Assembly (NCBI GenBank): GCA_963924565.1
Contig: OZ004613.1
Span: forward strand, 19,902,001 to 19,966,000
Origin: Ascidiella aspersa
Lineage: Eukaryota
Direction: 5' to 3'
Length of the DNA: 64,000 bases
Under the pieces are notes generated by a model that was not told the DNA's origin, searched no databases, and saw only the letters and a list, made by a program, of their open reading frames with translations. The translations under genes were made by a program, and so were the position numbers. Every line of letters begins with the position of its first letter. Position 1 is the stretch's first letter. Below, in pieces: positions 13,436-24,900 of the stretch.

Positions 13436-13707
13436 GGCGCTCTTTCACTATTGTACGTAAAAATTAATAAAAAAAAAAAAATTTCTTCGAATGCCGCATA
13501 CCACAACACATATTGTTTGGGTTAGGGTGCGGGTTAGCGTTTGGTTGAGGGTGGGTCAAGTTATTATTAATAATAAACATAATATTACTTGACCCACCCT
13601 CACCCAAACGCTAACCCGCACCCTAACCCAAACAATATGTGTTGTGGTATGCGGTATTATTATTATTTTTTTGCTAAACTTTTCACGTACATAAGTGAAA
13701 GAGTGCC
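13436..13707. mobile_element. Foldback MITE family D, inverted relative to 11998-12253
   Basis: TIR GGCGCTCTTTCACT...AGTGAAAGAGTGCC; perfect TSD GCATCTTG. Confidence 0.9.
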
Positions 13708-14113
13708 GCATCTTGTCTAGTTATTTACCAAATTTTCAGGTGTGCAATCAGTCTTGACCCACCCAAACCCAAGCGCTAATTCACACCCTAACCCCGTGTT
13801 GGAAAGTAAGGCCTGCGTGGGGGATTTATCAATTTAGTTTCCAACTCGGCCGCGGTCATAGCCGCCCATTTCATGTAAAATCAACAGAAAATGTGATCAG
13901 CCGCGAAAAATCGCTTAAATGTGCTTATCTTTCGTCGCGCAAAGGTTTTCAGTATAGTTCTCCATTCTCAGCCACGCACAAAATCCAAAGTTTTCAATCT
14001 GGTCCTAACCCAAACAATGTTAGCAAAATAAAGGCCCGAAAAAAATTCTGCTGTAGGAATCTGAACCAGCGCCCAAATTTATTTAAAAAAAATATCTTGT
14101 ATGCAGTGTGCAC

Positions 14114-14620
14114 TAGGGTTCCTCTTTTCCCAAATTTTTTCATTCCCGAGAAACGGGATTAAATAATGAAAATTCCCAGGATTTCCGGCAAAAAAATTAT
14201 TCCTAATTACGTTATTATGATATTTAAACTAACTTTATATTAGCTCCAAACATTTACTTAAGCCCATTTATGTTTGTAGTATTGCTTCTGCAATCTTACA
14301 AGACCTTCACGTGTTAAGGGCTGAACCCTATTTAGTTTTTATTCAGAAAATGAGCGCATGCAGGCCTTTTGCAGGGCCCATTTATTGGTAAAACAAATTT
14401 ACAATTTTTTTTGCTGTTAAGCGCAAATAAAGCAACTTAGGCAACAACTTGTAATATTTTTTTTCTTTATATCAGTCAATAACGACAAGGTTTTTAAGGT
14501 TTTGCTATGTTGCCGAATAACTGGGATTATAAAAAAAATCATAACATTCGGGATGGTTATTTTTCCTGAAATCCTATGGGAATTTCCCATCACAACAATC
14601 AATCCCGGAGAGGAACCCTA
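14114..14620. mobile_element. hAT-type MITE, family C copy 2
   Basis: TIR TAGGGTTCCTCT...AGAGGAACCCTA; perfect TSD GTGTGCAC. Confidence 0.9.
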
Positions 14621-14812
14621 GTGTGCACCTGCTACAGAATGCAAGTTAGGTCAGGTTTAGAAAGAAAATACTGAAAACGTTTTTTTTTTCATCTGCTTAA
14701 AAGGTTTTAGCTGTAAAAAAAATGCTGTAAAAGGCAATTTCTTTTATTTACATAATATATAGTCCCAACCAAGTCTGCGTTGCAAAAAGTCATTATTGTA
14801 CAACCTCCACAG

Positions 14813-15304
14813 CAGTGTTTTAATGACTTAAGTCAATGACTTGACTTCACTGTTTTCCAATGACTTGACTTGACTTAAGTCATTTGGGCGAAATGACTTG
14901 ACTTGACTTAAGTCTTTCAGGCAAATGACTTGACTTAACTTAATTCTTTCGGGCAAATGACTTGACTTGACTTGAGTCTTTCGGGCAAATTACTTAGGTT
15001 GAATTATAGTGTTTTCTGTAAGTCTTTTTTTAATAAAATTGAGCTATTTATTCAAATGTTTGCACATAAAACAATTTGCTTGCTATAAGTTGCGTTTTTC
15101 TCATTTTTTAAGTCAGTTATTGCTCATAATCGTACAAGATTAAAAATTCCAATAGTTCAACGTTTTATTTTTACGACAAGGACGTGACTTGAAGTTGACT
15201 TGCTCTAATTATGACTTGGACTGGGACTTGACTTGTTATTTATTCAAAAAGACTTGACTTGGACTTGAGTTAAGTCATTTCAAAATGACTTGTTTACAAC
15301 ACTG
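14813..15304. mobile_element. hAT-type MITE with subterminal GACTT repeats (family E)
   Basis: TIR CAGTGTT...AACACTG; perfect TSD CTCCACAG; tandem aatgacttgacttgactt units. Confidence 0.88.
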
Positions 15305-15385
15305 CTCCACAGTGCCATGAAATACAGAATCGGTCCTAAACTACTACATATACCTATTTTCAGAAAATAACTTAGTGATATTAAA

Positions 15386-18117
15386 ATGCCTTTAGTTGTA
15401 ATATGTGGCTGTCCGTCAAGTGGTAAAACCAAGCGTTCTCAAGAACTGGCTTTACACCTATCCACAAAATACCCAAACCACAAAGTTTCTGTGGTGAAAG
15501 ATTTGGGCTTAGATCGTAATATTGTTTATGCTGATGCAAAAAAAGAAGTGACAACCCGCGGTGGTCTAAAATCTGCTGTGGAGCGTGAATTGAGTGCAAG
15601 TACTGTAGTGATAGTGGACTCCCTAAACTATATAAAAGGTAAGTGGTCATTGAAAATTATAGTTTCTGAATCCTTTCCTACTTGAGGTTCGGCTGAACCA
15701 TCCAGTAGTTTAAAATACTTACTAATACTTGTTAAAATTGTTCTATGTTTTCCATTAGTGACCACTCTGTGTAACCGCTTTCAAATATACTGAGTGCCTT
15801 TGTTTAATTATCAAATTCAATCAGCCTTTTTAGGATTGTAGTGCAAGGATAAAAATTCTAGCGTATAACGAAGTTCGTTTCTGAAGGCACTCAGTGTATA
15901 TTATTATAAGTATGCTGTAATTGTTCCCAGCCTGTCTGGAAAGAATTGCATATTTTAATGAGATCTCTGGGTACACGTCTGATGTCTGTGCCAGGGTGCA
16001 CCTAAGGTCAAAAGCGCACAGTCTGCTTGTAATATACATGCAACTTCTATTTTTGGGGGTGCAAGTTAAATCTTTTGAAAAAAAAAAAATTTGCAGGTGT
16101 TATTGTCATACTTTCCAGTGGTTGCCTGTTACCTCTACAGCAAAGCTTGATCACATTAGGTATCCATGTGGATTCCCTGTCTTAGTTGCTTTCACATAAT
16201 GATACTTATTCATAAAACTGCTTTCTTTCTTTTCATAGGTTTTCGCTATGAACTACATTGCATTTCTAAGTATGCTCGAACCACACACTGTGTTGTTCAT
16301 TGTGCAGCTTCAAATAGCAACATACTGAAGTTTAACAATTTGAAAAGTGAAGGTGAAAGGTATTCAGAAGCAATTCTTCAAGGTGATATGCATATTGCCT
16401 AGCAACTGAATATTTAACCAAAAAAATCACACTCTGGTACATCAATTTCGATATATGGATAGCTAACGACTAGTTTTACATACAGCACACCAATTCCATG
16501 AAAAGCTTAGACACTGTTTGGTAGCAATTAAAACTTTAGTTCTGGGTGATCCACGGTTGACAGCATTCTACACTCATGCCTGGGGCGGATCAACGATTTT
16601 TCTTTAGAATGTCATCAAAAAGTAACAAGGAAAGACATATAAGCTCTTTATTCCATTCTTTGTTGAGAATAATGGTCACAAATCCCTTATAGCGTTATAT
16701 ATATTTTCGGATAAATTTGTTTGTTTTATCCGCATAAAGTTGTATGTCTGTCGAAAAAAGAAATAAATCATAAAGTTTTGTGAAATGTAAATGAAATCGG
16801 GAAAATGGTGAGAATCTTTCCAGAATCCCGGTATATTTTATATATAGGTCATTTTGTAGGTGGCAAAAATAGTAATTTAAATTGGGTCTTACTTTCTAAG
16901 TTATGTTCATATTAAAAAGACGCACCGGTGAAATGTGGGGATCGACTGTTCAATGGCGATTAACGTGTTTGCTACCCCTGGCAGGCTGGCATACGATAGA
17001 ACTGTTTTGTTTTCTTGCCAAACAATAATTGCATCTCACATTTAAAGAATAGAAAATAAATTATGTAAAGAATGCCAAATATATTAATATCAACTGAATA
17101 CAAAGCCCAAACTATTTTCTGAATTTTTTGGAGTGCTGAGAAACATGTTATAACTTATTATTTTATTTTCAAGTTTGGCCTATTTTTGAAGTTTAAAAAA
17201 TAAAGTCAACTGATTCCAAATATGTTAAATGTCCAACTTTAGTTTAAATTCTGACACTATTTAAAAATTCAGTAAAATTAAACCCATTTTTGTGGTAAAG
17301 CTTTGTTTTTTATTGATATAAAGCTTTTTTTCATTCATTTTTAGTTAATGTTTTCTTTAAAACTATATACTTGTGGTTGTGAATTTAGAGCTGACAATGA
17401 GGTTTGAAACTCCGAATTCAATGGCGCGATGGGATTCACCTCTTTTCACAGTTCAAGTAAATGATGATCTTCCTTGTGATAAAATATGTGAAGCGCTTTT
17501 CCAGGCCAAAATTCCTAAACTCAACATGTCAACACAAAATCCACCACTAATGTCACCTACATTTGTCCATGATGCAGATAAAATGCTTCAGGTATGTTTT
17601 CAAAGTACCGAACTTAGTAGTGTTAATTGCCTAAATGCCACACTTGAAAGTTTAGCTGTTTTTTTAAACATTTTTAAACAACTGGAATGTAAAGCACATT
17701 TTTGCGAAAGTTGAAGTATTTTTTTTAATTATTTGCATAGATGTAGTAAGTTTGGTTTTTATTTTCTTGACCACCCTTGTTTAAAAAAACAATTCTTAAA
17801 ACAGGGCAATTATGAACTGGAGTAAAGACATAAAAATATTCTCCTTGCGGTTTCAATTGGCGTGATTAGTTCATTTATAATTTGTTTTGAAGAGCATTGG
17901 AGCTGCGATTTTGTCGGCACAAAAAAATGCTTCGCCAGGGGAAACTATCCCCCTTCCCGTTATCAATGAAACTTACACCATAATGACAACCATCAGCATT
18001 GGAGACATGAGAAGACATCGAAAGCAATTTCTTACGTATCTCAGAGCAAATCCTGTAGCGAACATTGACGACATACCGCGCACTTTTTTGAGCTTTTTAA
18101 GTAAAGCTGTGGGCTGA
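15386..18117 (+). CDS. KTI12: Protein KTI12 homolog (Elongator cofactor), 4 exons, about 274 aa
   Basis: Exons 15386-15638, 16239-16382, 17389-17591, 17893-18117. P-loop MPLVVICGCPSSGKT, DSLNYIKGFRYELHC, MRFETPNSMARWDSPLF. Confidence 0.95.
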
Positions 18118-18986
18118 CGTTTCTGATTCGTTGAGCTGCGACTATTGCGATTCATGTTTTGTCGTGATACTCGTGAAGCATGGTTTTAGGCGAAAGCCAA
18201 ATTCTGCGCTGGCGGAAAATTATGGAGGTCGGACAAGGTTGTTATTTAATTAGTTTTCATTAGGGTAAGAATCTCTTAACAACTCAACTAAAACCTTTCT
18301 AACCTTAAATGAAGGTTTTTATTCGTTTGCGATTTTTATCGGGGACGGTCGAACTTGTTTAGAAATTTGTCAATCGATTTTTAAACCATGACCAAAATAT
18401 TTTTTTTTCTGTAAAGTATAACAGCTTGCAACTTGTTGATTTTAAAATTGTGCGAATCGCTCTGTTTTTGTCCTAAGTTGATTTTTCACATGTAATTCAG
18501 ATAGTTTCCCCTCTAAAACTTCGTATCTATATGTTCAGATGTCCACCAACATAGGCTATGAAGAGATATCGTTCTTTCAAACAGTAAGCGACTAAAGGTG
18601 CAAATTGTCATGCAATACGCAAATAAAAATAAATCCACAAACACGTCATTAACTCAAGAAAAACAAGAAAATTGTTTATAGATAAAAAGCACAGTAGAAA
18701 TGGCTGACGAAACGCTTAAGGAACAGTTAGAAGCCAGATAAGGAAATGTTATAGTGTGCTAAATTTATGTGTAAATTGGCCAACAAATTCCCAAAAAGTT
18801 CGAACTGATTAGATGGTTTCAAAATAAGATGAATTGTGCGGCCGCCGCGTTATCTGCCAGCGAAGCAAGCTTTTTCCTTATATCGTCGTGATATTCCTGC
18901 CGCTGAAACACCACCACGCGTTTGCATTGGAAAGCTTGTTGGACTGACTTGTGCCAATCGAATTTGCGCAAAAGCCACACAAGAAA

Positions 18987-21900
18987 TCAGGCACATCCGT
19001 TAAACTTTGCCATGATCTTTCGCATCCACGACTCGTACGTGCTCACCAGAGCGTAAACTCCCACATGACCCGGGGTACCACAGTAGCCAAAGCCGAATGA
19101 CGTCACACCAGCGAAGTACCACCCACCATTGGGTTTGCGACAACTCAACGATCCGCCCGAATCTCCCTGCAATGCAATGTAGAAAATTTTATAATGTCAT
19201 GCGTTTTCTAATATTATTAAAATTATAAACATGGATTTTAACTTTTTTACCTAAATATTTTTACTCAAATTGCTAAAAAACGGTGTTATGTCCGTTGATG
19301 GAAATTTCTTATGCACTGTTGTGTTTGTTTTATTTTTTCTGTACATTTGTCAAAGCCTTACTTTACACGTGTCGACTGATGCGGCCACCGGGTCACCAGC
19401 GCAAAAATGATGCTCTTTTATTAAATGGCGCTTATAGTTTCCACCGAGCTTGCGACACGTCTCAAACCCCAAAACTGGCACCTGGGCTTCCATCAGCTGA
19501 CGGCCCCCGTTTGCTGTAAAAAAGAAAACAAAATTATCCCCTGGAATACCAAAAAATATATCAGTTGATATTTATGCAAGCTGTGTGAAAGAAGCAGCGG
19601 CTCTAATGGCTTTTTATATCGAATTGATAGATGCCATTTTTGCCGAAGTACTTAAGCCGAAAGTTAACCTAAAAAGACCTAAAAGGTTAATCGCAGCTAG
19701 CCAAAATACGTAGTTTCTAAACTATACGTTATTTCCTGGGGCGGATCCATGGCAAAACAACGATTTGTTAATTTTAACTACCGGTACCGAAATACAAAAT
19801 AATTCTTAAGTCGCGCGAAGCCTTTTTCGACATTACAGCATGCATAACCCATTTCAAGGGTTTTTTTAAGCTAAAGGCGCCGTGTAATATATTCACCCGA
19901 GGGCGGTAGTAAGCAGTGAACATCTCTTTTTCTTCTACTTTTTAGGCCTATTTCAGTAAGCGACTATACCCAAACGGGCTATGTGTCAGGCATAATAATT
20001 ATAAGTAAGACAATGTCCTTACCATAAAAATCCCATCCAGTTACGTAACAAAGGTCGCCAGGTCTGGGTTTGTTGAAACTGCTCAAGCATAGAGGTGAAA
20101 CGCTGGGGGTGGGATCGGCAGGCCAACGAAGCTTAGCAAGCGCAATGTCAGCTGAAATAAATATTTGCTTAATTGAATTGAAAACACCAAATATTTTTTT
20201 TAAATTGTTATCCCGATTTTAGATTTCGACAAACAAAGCTTTTCCTTACCGATTGGCGCGTTTATGTTCGAGTAGTTATCATGAAGAAAAACGCTGGAAA
20301 GATAGTATCTTGTGCCTATGTGTGACGCACGGTTCATATCAAGCAGAACGCTCCATTCATCGCCCGGATTGTCATGATTTATAGCAAAGCGCCTGATAAA
20401 AGAAAACAACGTTAACTAACCACTACTATTTTTACGTAATTATAAATAATTTGATGTGACTTAGCAGCTGTTACAGATTTTTTTGTCATTTTGTCGAGTC
20501 CAGCATTCCTACAAATTGCTTTCTTATTCTCCAAATATTCTTACCCTTTTTGAACATAAAAAGTTATAACAAAATATCGTCCTAAAATACCCAATTTTTT
20601 GTAGACAACAAAAAAGGGGAAAATGTTTGTTCAGTTAGGAATAGAACACTAATTAATACTATTTGCAGCAATCGATCGGAATTAGTTGTTGGCGCCTAAT
20701 AGAAATTGGAGTAATTGTGCTCGTGCATAACTTGTTAATCTGTCGTGCCGAGTATGTGAGAAACAATATTTCCCAGTGTTACATTGACTTAAGTGCATTT
20801 AAGTGTTTTTAAATGACTTAGATTAAAATAAAAAGTTTTCGTCAAGCAATTTAAAAGTTTAACATTTATTTTAAGGTTTAACGTTTATAACAAGGACTTG
20901 ACTTGAATTTGATTTGCTCTAATAATGACTTAGACTAGGATTTGACTTGGGCAACTCATTGATTGGATTAGGACTTGGCTTGGTATTTATTTAAAACACT
21001 TGTCTTTAAACAAGTTATTTTATAAGTGAATAGGCTGGGACTTTACAACACTGATATTTTCATACCAATTATAAGTGAAGATGCATAACTTACGTAGAGT
21101 TAGTACAGTGTCCCGCGGTAACAACCCATAGGGATGCTATCAATGTGGATCCACACAAATGCTTCCAGCTACAGTTTCCCCGACAATCGTAATGCTGCCA
21201 ACTTCCATGCCACGGCCAACCAAGCCACTTTGATTCCTGCAACATCAAAATATGTTGTAATAATCCATTGATTCTACGACTATAGGCAGAGCTGTCAGTG
21301 ATTTTTCACCGAAACTTAGTTTAATTTCAAGGACAAAATAACGTTTCATAAATGTAAAATTGCTGTCAGAATTATGTTAAATTATGCATTTTACTTATGT
21401 ATTTACTACATACTCAACACTACGAGATATCTCTTATTTTTAAACTGGGCTATATTATGCGTACTAAAAACAATCAAAGCTAATTTTGTTGTGGTTTAGG
21501 TGAAGGTTGCCCTAGATGGGACGTTGCCTGAGTCGGGACTTGGGGATTATATCAACTTGCCATTAGGTAGCCCTAATTCCTAATTATTTTTTGAAGCACC
21601 CAATGGTAGCCATCATTTTAACACAAAAACATTTCAGTAGGCTGACAGCGTTTTTGCAACATATCAATCTAAAGAAAATAGGGGTGTTTTCTTGCTGGTT
21701 TTATTATTTTTATATTTGAGTTATTTCATATTTGTTAAAGTTGTATAAAATGCATTTTTTACTAATATATGGGTAATTTACCAGGCTTACTTATACAGGT
21801 AAGTTTTTCATGTTATCTTGTACCTATAAGCAGCCAATATATCTTCTGTATATGGTGATGTGGGGTGCGTAACATGGGACAGGACGTTCCCAAGTGAGGA

Positions 21901-24900
21901 ACTATTTGTTGCAACCTACATTTTGGGTTATTGTGACAAAAAATGGACTTGCCATTACCTCTTTTGGAGAAGCAAACATTTTGTTATAGTTCAAAAGTTT
22001 TCAACTAACAAATTTTAATATGGTTCGTTTTAAATTTTTTATGTAGGCTATGACGTAAAACATTTATACGATTTCCCTATCCATAAAATACGTTAAGAAA
22101 TGCACCTGGTTAAAATGGATCATCGTATCAACATGTTTGTAATAAATATTACAAATGCAGGTAAAACTTCACTTAACAAAAAACATACCTATTCGAATTA
22201 AAACAAAATTATTGTTTAAAAGTTCACTAAAAAACCAACGAAACAGACAAGATTTGGCCTAGGTCGTGTGCGTTGAGAGCAATCAACACAGGCAGAATAT
22301 TTGTATAATGTATTCACAAATAAAATAAAGTTCCAAGACAGTTACTCTTTGACACGCACTTGTCCTGCTAATTTAAAAATATGAATTTTCGCTTATCACA
22401 GCACATTCGTTCTAAGATTCTATGAATTGTTCTAAACAGGCTAGTTTTAAACTTATGTAAGTGTAGCAGGTGGAGTTCAAGTTGTTTTTAATGCTTGTGG
22501 TACAAATTGATCAATTTAAAACAACGGATTCTTCCTGTCCCATCTTGCGAATCACACTGTCCCATCATATGAAACTCTGATTTCTAAAGACGGGACACAA
22601 CAACGTTTTTTCTAAGACGATTTTATGAAAAAAGTTAGAACGCTAGAGGCAAAGTTATAAGTGTTTTTTAAGCGTAAAGGGCAGAGGTATCAAGTAGGCA
22701 TGATATTATTCAAAATTATTGTTATAATTGAGAACTACAATCATTTGAAAAAACGTGTCCCATCATGGGCAACCTTCCCCTACCTGTCCACCAATTATCT
22801 TCACAGAAGACGCTGGCTGTCTAGCATTGACGAGTTTGCTTCTGACACCGCACTGTAGACCGTCCAACACATGCTGCTTGGTGGCATTGCAGGGTCCCGG
22901 AGAACACTGTCGCATGTTCTCCGCACTGCCGTCACACCCTAATGAGTTAAGGTGGATGAAAGTTAGAATATTACACTAGGCCTATTATTGATAGTCAGAA
23001 ATAGAGATTCAACTTAAAATTTGCCTCAATGAAGCATAACAAAACTAATCAAAAATAACATTCCGCATAATTATTACGTGAATTAAACTTGCTATTTCTG
23101 TAACAAACAAATTTATATTTAGGTTACTATAAATATATTGCAAGAGATCTGATTAACATCCGACAGACAATGTGTGTAAGTTAAGAAAACACAGAGCAGG
23201 AGGTATACCGCGTATGCCAGGGCTGCCGTTTTTGCAGTATCGAGTTCTCTTTTTCACTCCTCCAATACCACAAGTGACGCTGCAGCAGGAAAACGACGTC
23301 CAGGTGGACCAAACCGGACAAGCCTGAAATAGGAAAAAAATGGAAATCCCATGTTGTGGAATAGCTAGGCCTATAGTTTTTTTCTTTAATTTCCACTTGC
23401 TTTAAATTTATTATTTTTTAAATTGTTTGAAACGCGACTATATATGTATATTGGTTTCACTGAGAATAATGTACTTCCTAGTTAATACAACGGTCTTTGT
23501 AAGCAAGAAAAAAATTGGGCAGTAACAAGAAAACAGTTAAAAACCTGAAAGTTACAACTTTTTCTTTCAATGGACTTGCCGAAGCAAGGTTCTGCCGTAC
23601 AATTCCGGGTCCTAGTTCGAAAACCCCAGTTGCAACTTTTCGAACAAGATGAGTATTCGCTCCATGCGTTCCAGGTTGGACAAGGCTGCAGTCAAAAAGT
23701 ATATTTTTTCTAAAACGATGAATAACAGTTACCAACGTAAGATTACGCAGAAAATGCAATAATTACGGCAACTAAAGAAGGTGTAAGGAATTGTAGTTAA
23801 AGGTAAGCGAATGTTTCCCACGTTCAAGCTTTTTACCAAAAAAGTTGTAAATCTTCTTATAATTTACCTGAGTCGGTGTACAGGCCTCGTACATCATGCT
23901 ACGTCCCTGGCACCTTGAGTAAACATGGATAAAGTTGGTCGTATGTAGGCATTCTCTGGTTTTCGACCTGTATCCGACCTGGCTACCGCAATTCGCCGAG
24001 CACGACCCAAACTGAGTCCATTTTGACCAACATGGCGGAGTGTAGCATTCCCTATAGTCCACAGAAGACCCAGGGCACCCGAATGATACACCTAAAAAGC
24101 AATAGAAAGGTAACACTTAATTTTGTGTTTAGCATGTATCCTTTAATTGCGTTAAAAATGATTATAACAACTTTTGTCTTTTTGTATTACACTACAATGT
24201 AGACTCACCGGTAGCTTTTATACAACGCCGAGTCCTGTAAGTCATTCCGCTTCCGCAAGTTTTGCCACATTTCGACCAAGGCTGCCAGTTGGCCCAGAAC
24301 ATTCCACACGAGTTTGGAAACTTACAATTCTTTGTTTCCCTTGGAATCCTTCCACTGCAGCGGGATGGAGCAACCACTACAATTTGTAATAAAATACGTA
24401 TTCACGAATAATTAAAACAATTCTTCGTATAGTTAATATTTTTAAACGCTAATTCATTTCTAATGTTTTCATTTAAAAAACAACCAACTTTAAACCTTTT
24501 TTATCTAAAAAGGGTTATAGATAATTTTCACGAAAAAACAAGCTAACCTTGGAGAGCCTGACCATAGGACAAAGTGGCAGTTATTTTTAAAACATTATCG
24601 TCTCCAGGAATGTCAGTGTTGCGGTGTCTGAAATTAAGTTATATGTTACAAACCTTACAAAATATATAAATACGTGTCAAAAGTACCATAAATCGACATT
24701 TAACAAGACGAACTCACCGAAGCGTGCATTCTTTCACTCTACTCCGAGTTCCGGTGCCGCAAGATTTTGAGCAGGAGCTCCAGTTTTTCCAGTTACTCCA
24801 ACTTGGGCAAGCTTTGTTGCTTAAACACAATCTTTCCTCCCTAGTGTGACTGCTGCAAGGTCTGAAATGTAGACAGGTTGATATAATTGTTAATTTATAA

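Noticed and set aside
12460-13630. Telomere or interstitial telomeric array
   Set aside because: TTAGGG-like units are isolated, degenerate and internal to MITE arms.
14821-15000. Regularly spaced repeats resembling a CRISPR array
   Set aside because: Eukaryotic context, no unique spacers, and located within a TIR/TSD-bounded MITE.
22939-23208. Second possible U12 intron (GTATACCT donor, CCTTAAC near acceptor)
   Set aside because: Donor breaks the near-invariant RTATCCT consensus and the branch motif is very close to the AG; treated as U2-type.
23570-23580. Apparent GC-AG donor (G|GCAAGT) in a TSP1 exon
   Set aside because: Phase requires the exon to continue to the GT donor at 23544 ([13 protein letters not shown]).
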